The translations under genes and the position numbers were made by a program. 17,463 bases of DNA from Abditibacteriaceae bacterium (lineage in GTDB: Bacteria > Armatimonadota > Abditibacteriia > Abditibacteriales > Abditibacteriaceae), in NCBI GenBank assembly GCA_031372065.1, contig JANMKN010000104.1, forward strand, positions 1 to 17,463, written 5' to 3'. Of this stretch, positions 7,882 to 15,100 are shown piece after piece. The notes beneath the pieces were generated by a model. That model saw only the letters and a list, made by a program, of their open reading frames with translations. It was not told the origin of the DNA and ran no database searches. How positions within the stretch are numbered: position 1 is the stretch's first letter; each line of letters begins with the position of its first letter.

Positions 7882-9210
7882 TCACTCCACCGTCATCGGC
7901 GTTTCATGGGGCGATTGGCCGTTGGGGTCGTTGATTTGCGCGCCGCGCGGGGCCGCAACCGGGCCGCGTAGCAGCGGGTCGGCGGTGGCTTCCATCCAAT
8001 TTTCAAGACGCCAGCGCATATCGGCTAAGGCGTTTGCGGCTTCGCGTTTAGACGCTAAATTGTTGTTTTCTTGCGGGTCGAACCACAAATCATAAAGCTG
8101 TTCGTCGGCAATGGCGCGCTCGGCCCAGTCGCGTTCGAGCAACCATTTTTTCGTCGGGCTATCGTCGCAATTGGGCAAGGCGATTTTGCCGCGTTCATCG
8201 AAGCGGCGAATGTATTTCCAGCGCGGCGTTCGCACGCCACGCTGCGGCTCATAGGCGGCGTGATACGTCACTTCGGCGAAAATCGCATCGTTCACTTCAC
8301 GCGCCGCGCCGTTGATAACCGGCAGTAAACTTTGGCCTTGCAGCCACTTTGGTTTTTCGATGCCGAGAAGGTCGCAAATCGTCGGAAAAATATCAATTTG
8401 CGACACCAAAGCGTCGCAAATTTGGCCTTTTGGCAGTTTGGGGCCGCGCATTATCAGCAAAACGCCGATGCCGCGATCTGTGAGGTGACATTTCATGCCG
8501 GGAAAGGCGATGCCGTGATCGGTGGTGCAAACAATCAAAGTGTTTTCCACCAGCCGGTTGCGTTCGAGCGCCTCCAAAATGAGGCCGTATTTGGCATCTA
8601 AAATCTTGGCGGATTCCGCGTAATCGGCGAAATCGGCGCGCGTGATTTCGTTGTCCGGCAAGTGCGGCGGCACGGTGACATATTTGCCGTCGCCCTTTTG
8701 CACCACAACGCCATTTTCTCGGTTGAAATGCGCGCCAAAACGGTGCGTTTCGTTGAATCCGGCATCGAGAAAAAAAGGCTGCCGGGCACCCTCTGGGTGG
8801 GATTTGCTATTCAAAAACTCCACCGCGTTATTTTCGGTGCCGTTTTTGGCATCGCAAAGCAGGTCGTAGCCGAGTTTTTTCACGTCCTCTCCCGCCGCGA
8901 CGTGTTGCACACCAGCCAGCACGCAATGATAACCGGCGCCGTGCAAAGTGGAGGCAAGATGCTGCGACTGATCGTGCAAAGCAAAGCCGCGATGCGCCAG
9001 TCCAATCATGCCCGCGCTATGCGGCGCTTGCCCGGTGAGCAGCGCGGCGCGACTGGGCGAACAAGTCGGCGCGGCGCAAAACGCTTGGCGAAAAAGCAGT
9101 CCCTCTGCGGCCAATTTTTGCAGGTTTAGTGTGTTCAGCGCATGGCCGTAAGGCGAAATATAACGGCCTGTATCGTGCGAGTGCAGATAAACGATATTGG
9201 GTTGGGGCAT
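7882..9210 (-). CDS. Cys-type S1 sulfatase, N-sulfoglucosamine sulfohydrolase-like
   Basis: PNIVYLHSHD, CSPSRAALLTG, TTDHG and QLYDLWFDPQENNNLA motifs. No signal peptide. Confidence 0.93.
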   Translation of the reverse strand: MPQPNIVYLHSHDTGRYISPYGHALNTLNLQKLAAEGLLFRQAFCAAPTCSPSRAALLTGQAPHSAGMIGLAHRGFALHDQSQHLASTLHGAGYHCVLAGVQHVAAGEDVKKLGYDLLCDAKNGTENNAVEFLNSKSHPEGARQPFFLDAGFNETHRFGAHFNRENGVVVQKGDGKYVTVPPHLPDNEITRADFADYAESAKILDAKYGLILEALERNRLVENTLIVCTTDHGIAFPGMKCHLTDRGIGVLLIMRGPKLPKGQICDALVSQIDIFPTICDLLGIEKPKWLQGQSLLPVINGAAREVNDAIFAEVTYHAAYEPQRGVRTPRWKYIRRFDERGKIALPNCDDSPTKKWLLERDWAERAIADEQLYDLWFDPQENNNLASKREAANALADMRWRLENWMEATADPLLRGPVAAPRGAQINDPNGQSPHETPMTVE

Positions 9211-9226
9211 GATTTGATTTTATAGC

Positions 9227-9261
9227 AAAAAACGCCGCGTGCCTTTTGGCGCGGCGTTTTT
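9227..9261 (-). terminator. Intrinsic terminator, possibly bidirectional
   Basis: AAAAAACGCCGCG...CGCGGCGTTTTT GC-rich stem flanked by A and T runs, about 30 bp past the stop at 9294. Confidence 0.8.
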
Positions 9262-9293
9262 CCTTTTGTGGGCAGGTGGGGTTCTGCGATGTA

Positions 9294-9992
9294 TTACGGC
9301 GTCGGCGTGTCCGTTTGGTGGCTTTGCGCGGGGCGAATAATGGATTGATCGAAGTAAACCGCTGCTTTGCTGATGTCGCCGACGTTTTGGGCGGCGAGGA
9401 GCAGCAAATTCTTCATCAATTGCTTTTCCAGCGCGGTTTTGGAGGTTTTGGTGTCACTTTGGCCGCTCGACACAGCGCCTTTTTTGCCCAGTTGCGCGGC
9501 GCGGGCCGTCCTAAAGGCTTGGCGCAGGGCGAAAAACTCGTCGTAAAAGGCTTGTCCCAGTTCCGTGCTGCCTTTGTGCGCGTCGGCTGCGGCCACGAAT
9601 TGATTCATCAAACGCTCGGCCTCGCTCAAATCGGCGCTGCCATATTCGTCCACGCCGTGCGGGAAAAATTCCTGATGCTCCGCCGATTCTTTGCCCCAGA
9701 GGTCGCGAATGCGTCCTTCGCGACGCGAAACGCGGGCGAAAAAGGCGTCCATCGTGTTGTTGACACTAATTGTGAGGCCCTGACGCACGGCAGCGGCAGT
9801 ATCGGTGTCGGTGATGTCGCCGAAAAAGTCGGTGTAGCGCGTGGTAGTGTCGAGCAGCATCTCGTCCAACGCGCCGCCGGTGTTATTCTCCGCCAGACGC
9901 CGCAAGTGGTCTTCGGTGAACGTTTTCAGTTCGTCGTTGCTGATCTGCTTGTCATCGAAGTTGTTCTCAAAATACGTTTGCAGATTCATCAT
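9294..9992 (-). CDS. Hypothetical, probably all-alpha-helical protein (232 aa) adjacent to a repeat array
   Basis: GGAGAGG RBS 6 nt before ATG 9992. No Cys, signal peptide or TM segment. Motif-like stretches FENNFDD, DHLRRL, EFFPHG, KNLLLL and YFDQS. Confidence 0.85.
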   Translation of the reverse strand: MMNLQTYFENNFDDKQISNDELKTFTEDHLRRLAENNTGGALDEMLLDTTTRYTDFFGDITDTDTAAAVRQGLTISVNNTMDAFFARVSRREGRIRDLWGKESAEHQEFFPHGVDEYGSADLSEAERLMNQFVAAADAHKGSTELGQAFYDEFFALRQAFRTARAAQLGKKGAVSSGQSDTKTSKTALEKQLMKNLLLLAAQNVGDISKAAVYFDQSIIRPAQSHQTDTPTP

Positions 9993-10033
9993 AAAAATCC
10001 TCTCCTTTTTCTCAATCGTTGCTGGCAATTCTT

Positions 10034-10063
10034 AATATAGCGCAATATTACCAACTTTGGTAA
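10034..10063 (-). promoter_or_regulatory. Candidate sigma70 promoter for the 9294-9992 gene
   Basis: -10 TATATT (10039->10034) and weak -35 TTACCA (10063->10058) with an 18-bp spacer. The -35 lies inside array unit 1. Confidence 0.4.
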
Positions 10064-10298
10064 TGGCCCCCCACCTGTCGGGAGTGGCATTACCAAAGTT
10101 GATAATGCTCCCCCCGACTTCCCAAGTGGCATTACCAAAGTTGGTAATGCTCCCCCGGACTTCCGTAGCCCAATTACCAAAGTTGGTAATGCTCCCCCGG
10201 ACTTCCGCAGCCGCATTACCAACTTTGATAATGCTCCTCCCGACTTCCCAAATGGCATTACCAACTTTGGTAATGCCCCACCGGAGTTTTTCGGGCAA
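10047..10298. repeat. Tandem palindromic array, 6 x 42 bp
   Basis: ATTACCAA starts at 10047, 10089, 10131, 10173, 10215 and 10257. Conserved core (GC)ATTACCAA-[CT/AG]-TTGRTAATG(C), followed by a more variable CCCCCSGACTTCC-N half. Confidence 0.97.
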
Positions 10299-10304
10299 AA
10301 TGTG

Positions 10305-11321
10305 TCATTTTACACGCCAAAGTTGGACGTAGCCGGAGAAATTACCAACAGCCAGAGTGCAACTGTTGGGAGAGAAAGCCAGTGTGTTGAACCCACCGAG
10401 CCTACCCTGTATAAAGCGAAGACGTTGGCCGCTATTGACATCCCACAATTCAACATTTGTGAGGCCTGTGCTGTTTGGCGTGCTAATAGTCGCCAAAAGA
10501 GAGCCGTCGGGCGAGAGGCAGGATTCGACAAAGCTACCCTTAATAACTCGCTTCCGCTGTTCCTTTTGATAGTCCCAGATTTCTCTATTCCCATTCTCTC
10601 CAAGCAAGCAGATTCCGTTAGATGCCGCATTCATGTAACTGAGATTCGCCATTCCTTTTACGAAATGGCCTTGCAATGTTTGTATGTTCCAAGACTGAAC
10701 GCTTGGGATAATTTCGTCACTATTCTTCCAAGAAATCTCACTAACCAAAACAGTTTTGCTATCTGGCATGAAATCTAAACTATAAAAATTGCCTAAGGCT
10801 GGCGTCGGCAATGGCAATTTGATTATTTTCGTGTCGCCTGTTTTGGTATCCCAAAGAATGATGTCACCTTTTTTATTTTGGGCAGCCAGTGTTTTGTCAT
10901 CGGGCCAAGTAGCACTGAATCGTGGATGAAGATTAGAGGCAGAATGCTGTTTCAAAGGTTGCAACTCAGGAAAAGATAAAACGCGGGCTTGATAGTCATG
11001 GGGTTTGTGCCTAATTCGTTTAAAAACTGCCACACGGTTGCCACGCTCCAAAAAATGCACGACTTCCGCTTCTTTTATGGTATTTACGACACGCCTTGTC
11101 GCTACATCACATACCATCACTGGAGCAAATGAATAATAATCGGTGACCAGCAAATAGCGACCATCTGGCGAGAATTTCAAATCACCGGGCCTGAAGTTCA
11201 TAGGTCCGTCATCAGGCAATTGAATCGTCCTTGGCCGCCACGAATTGTAATAGACAAGATAAGAACCAAGCGCCAACGGCACAAGGAGTAACAGCGCGAG
11301 TTTGAAAAAGCGGCGTTTCAT
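10305..11321 (-). CDS. WD40/beta-propeller repeat protein with an N-terminal membrane anchor or signal
   Basis: FSPDGRYLLV, ILWDTKTG, LSPDGSLLA, VELWDVNSG and LAFSPNS...VQLWRV repeats. Start reassigned to ATG 11321 (MKRRFFKLALLLLV). Confidence 0.88.
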   Translation of the reverse strand: MKRRFFKLALLLLVPLALGSYLVYYNSWRPRTIQLPDDGPMNFRPGDLKFSPDGRYLLVTDYYSFAPVMVCDVATRRVVNTIKEAEVVHFLERGNRVAVFKRIRHKPHDYQARVLSFPELQPLKQHSASNLHPRFSATWPDDKTLAAQNKKGDIILWDTKTGDTKIIKLPLPTPALGNFYSLDFMPDSKTVLVSEISWKNSDEIIPSVQSWNIQTLQGHFVKGMANLSYMNAASNGICLLGENGNREIWDYQKEQRKRVIKGSFVESCLSPDGSLLATISTPNSTGLTNVELWDVNSGQRLRFIQGRLGGFNTLAFSPNSCTLAVGNFSGYVQLWRVK

Positions 11322-11366
11322 AACAAAGCGGGGCCGATGATAGCTTTTTGGCATCATCGGCCCCGC
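11322..11366 (-). terminator. Hairpin, probable terminator after the DUF1080 gene
   Basis: GCGGGGCCGATGAT/ATCATCGGCCCCGC 14-bp stem (11328-11366), followed by TTTGTT on the minus strand. Confidence 0.65.
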
Positions 11367-11396
11367 GAAATCATGGGCGAAAAAGTGCGGAAGTCG

Positions 11397-12122
11397 TTAG
11401 TTCTTCAACACAATGTCTTTGAACTGCACCGTCATGGGCTGTCCGGCGTGCAATTGCAGCGCGAGGACGCCGTTTTTGGCGCCAACAGCGGTTTCATCGG
11501 TGACATCTACGGTTTGCTTGCCGTTGATGAAATGCTGCAAGTGATTGCCTTGCGCGACGATTTTGTATTCGTTCCAATCGGCGGGCTTGATGGCGGCTTG
11601 AATGTCCTCCGATTTGCCGACTTCGCCCGTCACTTCGATTTTGGGCTTATTCGGCGCCTCGCCTTCGTGAATCACGACTTTCTGGCCGCGTTGCGCTAAA
11701 ATGCCGCGCCCTCTTTCTTCGTAAAGAATGCCGGAATAGGTCTTTCCGACTTCAAAATCGGCCTGATAGCCGCCGACAACCCAGTTTTTATCGTCAGCAA
11801 TTTTGCTGCGATATTGCACGCCGGAATTGCCGAAACCGTTGGCGGCGCCGTCTTTGTCCACGATTTTGAATTTGAAAGTCAACTCAAAATCGCCGATGTC
11901 GCCGATTTTGTCGCCGTCTTTCCAAATGAGAAACGTGTTGCCGTTGGCGGGATGCTCCGGCGTGGTTTGGCCGGTGATAGCGCCGTCTTTGACCGACCAT
12001 AATTGGGTATTGCCTTCCCATCCCGTGAGATCGGTGCCGTTGAACAAGGTTTTTTCAGCGGCGCGCGAGGAAGCGGCACCGACAAGCAGGGCTAAAACAG
12101 CCAATGTTGCGGAAATTTTCAT
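11397..12122 (-). CDS. DUF1080 (3-keto-disaccharide hydrolase family) secreted protein
   Basis: LFNGTDLTGW, WSVKDGAITG, NSGVQYRS, GYQAD, WNEYKI and LALQLH motifs; signal peptide. Confidence 0.92.
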   Translation of the reverse strand: MKISATLAVLALLVGAASSRAAEKTLFNGTDLTGWEGNTQLWSVKDGAITGQTTPEHPANGNTFLIWKDGDKIGDIGDFELTFKFKIVDKDGAANGFGNSGVQYRSKIADDKNWVVGGYQADFEVGKTYSGILYEERGRGILAQRGQKVVIHEGEAPNKPKIEVTGEVGKSEDIQAAIKPADWNEYKIVAQGNHLQHFINGKQTVDVTDETAVGAKNGVLALQLHAGQPMTVQFKDIVLKN

Positions 12123-12124
12123 GA

Positions 12125-13030
12125 TTATTTGCGTCCTTTTGGGTCTTGATTCGCCGCTAAATCTTCCGGCGTGATTTTCGATTCGACGCCGTTTTCCGGC
12201 ACGTCGGCTTTGGCCGTCCAGAGGATGGCGTTGAGAACTAATTTGCGCTGGTCGTCGTTACCCCAGCCGCTGTGGAAATGCCCGCCGGTAAAGCCAAAAC
12301 CGCGCCCGCCATCGGCGCGTTCGACGGCCCACGCGACGTGCTGCGGCTCTTTGGCAGCAACGGCGGCGCGCACTGCCGGGTTGCCTTCATGCGCGCCGTC
12401 TTTGCGCTCCATTGTGCTGTCCGGCGCGATGGCGGTCAGAATCGGCGTCACGCCGGTCATTCCGTCCTTGAAGCGCATATGAAAATACCACTCGTCGTTG
12501 GTGGAAAACGGCTTGACGCCGTTGCTAATCGGCGATTTGGGCATTTCTTTGAAATCGGCCTGCCAATGCGGATTGACCGACCAGTCAGTTTCAAAATAAC
12601 CGCCGAGCCATTCTTTAAATTCTGGCCCGCCTTTGTCTTTGGGCACTTCGACAGCATAATGCAGGCAGACAATGCCCGCGCCACGCTTGACTTCTTCGCC
12701 CAATTGCTTCAAACGGTCACCTTGCAAAGCGACGTGCCCGCCGCCGCCGTCGCAATACATGACGATGGTATCAGCGCTATCCAAATCCTGCTGCGAGGGC
12801 CACGCGCCATTGAGATAGGCTTTGGTGTCCGCCGCTTGGGGCGCATAGGTATCGAGGCATTTTTTGAGCAGCAAAATACCGGCGTTGTGTTCATGGTCGC
12901 CCGGCCCGTGACTGGGCCGTCCGGCAATCATGACAATGTTTCGTTTGGGCGCAGCCGAAGCATCCGGCGCCACAGCCGCCAGCGTGGAACTCATTAAGGC
13001 TCCTAAAAAGAAAAGTGATTGTGATTTCAT
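12125..13030 (-). CDS. ThuA-domain (trehalose utilisation-like) secreted protein
   Basis: SHGPGDHEH, GIVCLHYA, DEWYF, GRGFGFTGGH and LVLNAILWTA motifs. Signal peptide from ATG 13030. Confidence 0.85.
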   Translation of the reverse strand: MKSQSLFFLGALMSSTLAAVAPDASAAPKRNIVMIAGRPSHGPGDHEHNAGILLLKKCLDTYAPQAADTKAYLNGAWPSQQDLDSADTIVMYCDGGGGHVALQGDRLKQLGEEVKRGAGIVCLHYAVEVPKDKGGPEFKEWLGGYFETDWSVNPHWQADFKEMPKSPISNGVKPFSTNDEWYFHMRFKDGMTGVTPILTAIAPDSTMERKDGAHEGNPAVRAAVAAKEPQHVAWAVERADGGRGFGFTGGHFHSGWGNDDQRKLVLNAILWTAKADVPENGVESKITPEDLAANQDPKGRK

Positions 13031-13086
13031 GGCTTGATTTTGAACAACAAGGGCAACAGATGTTGCGGTTTGGAGTTTCAAATTTA

Positions 13087-13224
13087 GGACTTACGCAGAC
13101 CCACCGTTGAAGCAGTGGCCTGAGTTTCAAAGCCCGGTCAACCGGGCTGCCTGAGGCCATAATGTAGCCCGGTTGACCGGGCTTTGAAACTCAGACTGCT
13201 CGTTTGCGGGCAGTGCGTAACCCC
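13087..13224. repeat. Nested inverted-repeat element: REP doublet inside MITE-like ends
   Basis: Perfect 29-bp IR at 13120-13148/13166-13194 containing GTAGCCCGGTTGACCGGGCT. Outer ends GGACTTACGCA/TGCGTAACCCC match at 9/11. Confidence 0.75.
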
Positions 13225-13273
13225 AAACAAGAAACGGGACGAGCAAAATTTTGCTCGTCCCGTTTCTTGTTTG
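13224..13273. terminator. Perfect 50-bp palindrome just downstream of the MFS gene, probable terminator
   Basis: CAAACAAGAAACGGGACGAGCAAAA is immediately followed by its exact reverse complement. Confidence 0.75.
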
Positions 13274-13278
13274 AAATT

Positions 13279-14880
13279 TTACGCTTCGACAGCCGCTGGA
13301 AGACCGCCTGCGGCTTCGTCGCCTGATAAATCCACTGCTTTGTAGCCGCCACGCGTTTTGAAATACATGAACAGCCCGATGTAACTAAGCAGCATGATAA
13401 CCGGGAAGATCGAAATCGTGGACAGCGCGCCTTGTTTGGCGCCTTGTTCGGTGGCCTGCACTTTCGCCATCTCGTCGGCAGGCAACGCTTTCACTTTGGC
13501 CCCATCCACCGCGTTATACGGGCCGAGGATATATTTATCCTCTTTGGAAATTCTTTGATATGTGGCCGAGTCAATGGCTTTTTCCGCCGCACCTTCTTGC
13601 ATCCGGCCAATCAGCGGGCCGCCGATGATACCAACCGTAAGCATTCCGATGCCCGCAATAGCATTGAGCGTCAAAGCGCCGCCTTTGGGAAATTGCTCGG
13701 AGACAATGCCCAACGTTGTCGGCCAAAAGAAACTTTTGCCGATACCATACAATGTAGCGGCAAAGAAAATCATCACTAAGCCCTGCGCACCGGCCAGCAT
13801 ATTCAAGCCGAGAATCGCTAAAGTCGCGCACATCAAAAGCAAACCGAGCGGCGTCAGCTTTTTAATGAGCGGCCCAGCGGCTACAAAGCGCAGCACCATC
13901 ATAATGAAAGAGGTGTAAACCAAAACCCACGCCGCGTTTAATCCAGCCGCTTTCATCGGGCCTTCCATAATGCCGGTAATCGCGCCATCGGTGCCCAGTT
14001 CGGTTGTCGCCAGCGGCATCATAATCAGGCACATGATAATCATCAAAGGCCGTCCGAGCGACTGCGCGTAGGCGCCATAACCAATGATAGTTGCCAGCAG
14101 GAATGCCCAAGTGATGAGCGGACTCCAGCCAAAAACGCCTTCCAACTGCTTGAAAACCAGCCAGCCCGCGATAGCCGCGCCGATAACACCAAATTCGGCC
14201 AGCATCTCCTTGTAAGTCGTGCCCGAAGCCACGCGCTCTTGCACGGGAAAGTTCGCGGGAGCCAACATGATGAGATAAACGATAGCGGGCGCCGCCAGCA
14301 AATAAACCACAATGCGCCAATCGGCGGCGATTTGCGAGGCCATCACAATGGAAATAATGCCGCCAATGACCAGACCGGCGGGCCATCCGGCGTGCAAAAT
14401 GTTGAGCCATTTAGCTTTTTCGCGGTTGAACAGCGTGGCGACAACCGGGTTGATAAACGCTTCGACGGTGCCGTTGCCAAGACCGAGAATCACCGAACCC
14501 CAATACAACATTTGGTAAGCGGAATCGGGACTGCCACCGCTATGCACCGAGCTATAGGCCATGAGGGCCATCGCGGCGTAAATGACATAACAAATGGCGC
14601 TGAAAAACATCGCCATTTTATAGCCAATCTTGTCAATGAAAAAGCTGAACAGAATGATGCTAATGGCAAACGGCCAAATGCCGGCGCCAAACAATTCCTG
14701 TCCTTTTACATCGTTCAACCCGAAGTCGGTTTTCCACGCCGTATTGATGAGAATAGCGCGCGTGATAAACGCGGTGGACGTGGTAATCAGGGCGATAAAA
14801 CAGCCCCAGAAAACCTTCATTTGTTCGCTGCTGACCGGTGCGGCTGGCCCTGACTGCTTTGATTCTTCCGATGACAGCAT
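13279..14880 (-). CDS. MFS transporter, probably for sugars
   Basis: About 12 hydrophobic segments; FIDKIGYK, GLGNGTVEAFINP and LNILHAGWPAG. AGGAGG RBS before ATG 14880. Confidence 0.9.
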   Translation of the reverse strand: MLSSEESKQSGPAAPVSSEQMKVFWGCFIALITTSTAFITRAILINTAWKTDFGLNDVKGQELFGAGIWPFAISIILFSFFIDKIGYKMAMFFSAICYVIYAAMALMAYSSVHSGGSPDSAYQMLYWGSVILGLGNGTVEAFINPVVATLFNREKAKWLNILHAGWPAGLVIGGIISIVMASQIAADWRIVVYLLAAPAIVYLIMLAPANFPVQERVASGTTYKEMLAEFGVIGAAIAGWLVFKQLEGVFGWSPLITWAFLLATIIGYGAYAQSLGRPLMIIMCLIMMPLATTELGTDGAITGIMEGPMKAAGLNAAWVLVYTSFIMMVLRFVAAGPLIKKLTPLGLLLMCATLAILGLNMLAGAQGLVMIFFAATLYGIGKSFFWPTTLGIVSEQFPKGGALTLNAIAGIGMLTVGIIGGPLIGRMQEGAAEKAIDSATYQRISKEDKYILGPYNAVDGAKVKALPADEMAKVQATEQGAKQGALSTISIFPVIMLLSYIGLFMYFKTRGGYKAVDLSGDEAAGGLPAAVEA

Positions 14881-14952
14881 GATGCCTCCTGAATTGAAAT
14901 ACGTTGTTTCATTCTGGCGCAAAGGCCAGTGAAATCAGCAATTTGACACAAC

Positions 14953-14999
14953 AAAACGGCGTGGGGATTGGGACAATTCTACCCTTCCCTACGCCGTTT
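14953..14999 (-). terminator. Hairpin or terminator between the oxidoreductase and MFS genes
   Basis: AAACGGCGTGGGGA/TCCCTACGCCGTTT stem (13/14), with a T-rich tail on the minus strand. Confidence 0.6.
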
Positions 15000-15003
15000 A
15001 TCA

Positions 15004-15091
15004 AGTGCGGAATGCGGAATGTGGAGTGCGAAATGAAAAATAGGCAAGATTTTCTGCCTCATTTCGCACTCCACGCTCCGCGTTGCACGCT
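15004..15091. repeat. Inverted pair of short 7-bp tandem repeats (ARTGYGG)n
   Basis: AGTGCGG AATGCGG AATGTGG AGTGCGA faces TCGCACT CCACGCT CCGCGTT. Perfect 16-bp IR at 15021-15036/15059-15074. Confidence 0.8.
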
Positions 15092-15100
15092 TTGCGTTTG

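Noticed and set aside
10047..10298. CRISPR or TIGR array
   Set aside because: The inter-palindrome segments are homologous to each other rather than unique spacers. No cas gene is in the window and the adjacent protein shows no recognisable Cas or Nop features.
9989..10332. ORFs 9989-10264, 10032-10298 and 10057-10332 as proteins
   Set aside because: Several frames on both strands are open because the period is a multiple of 3. The conservation is of a DNA palindrome, not of codons.
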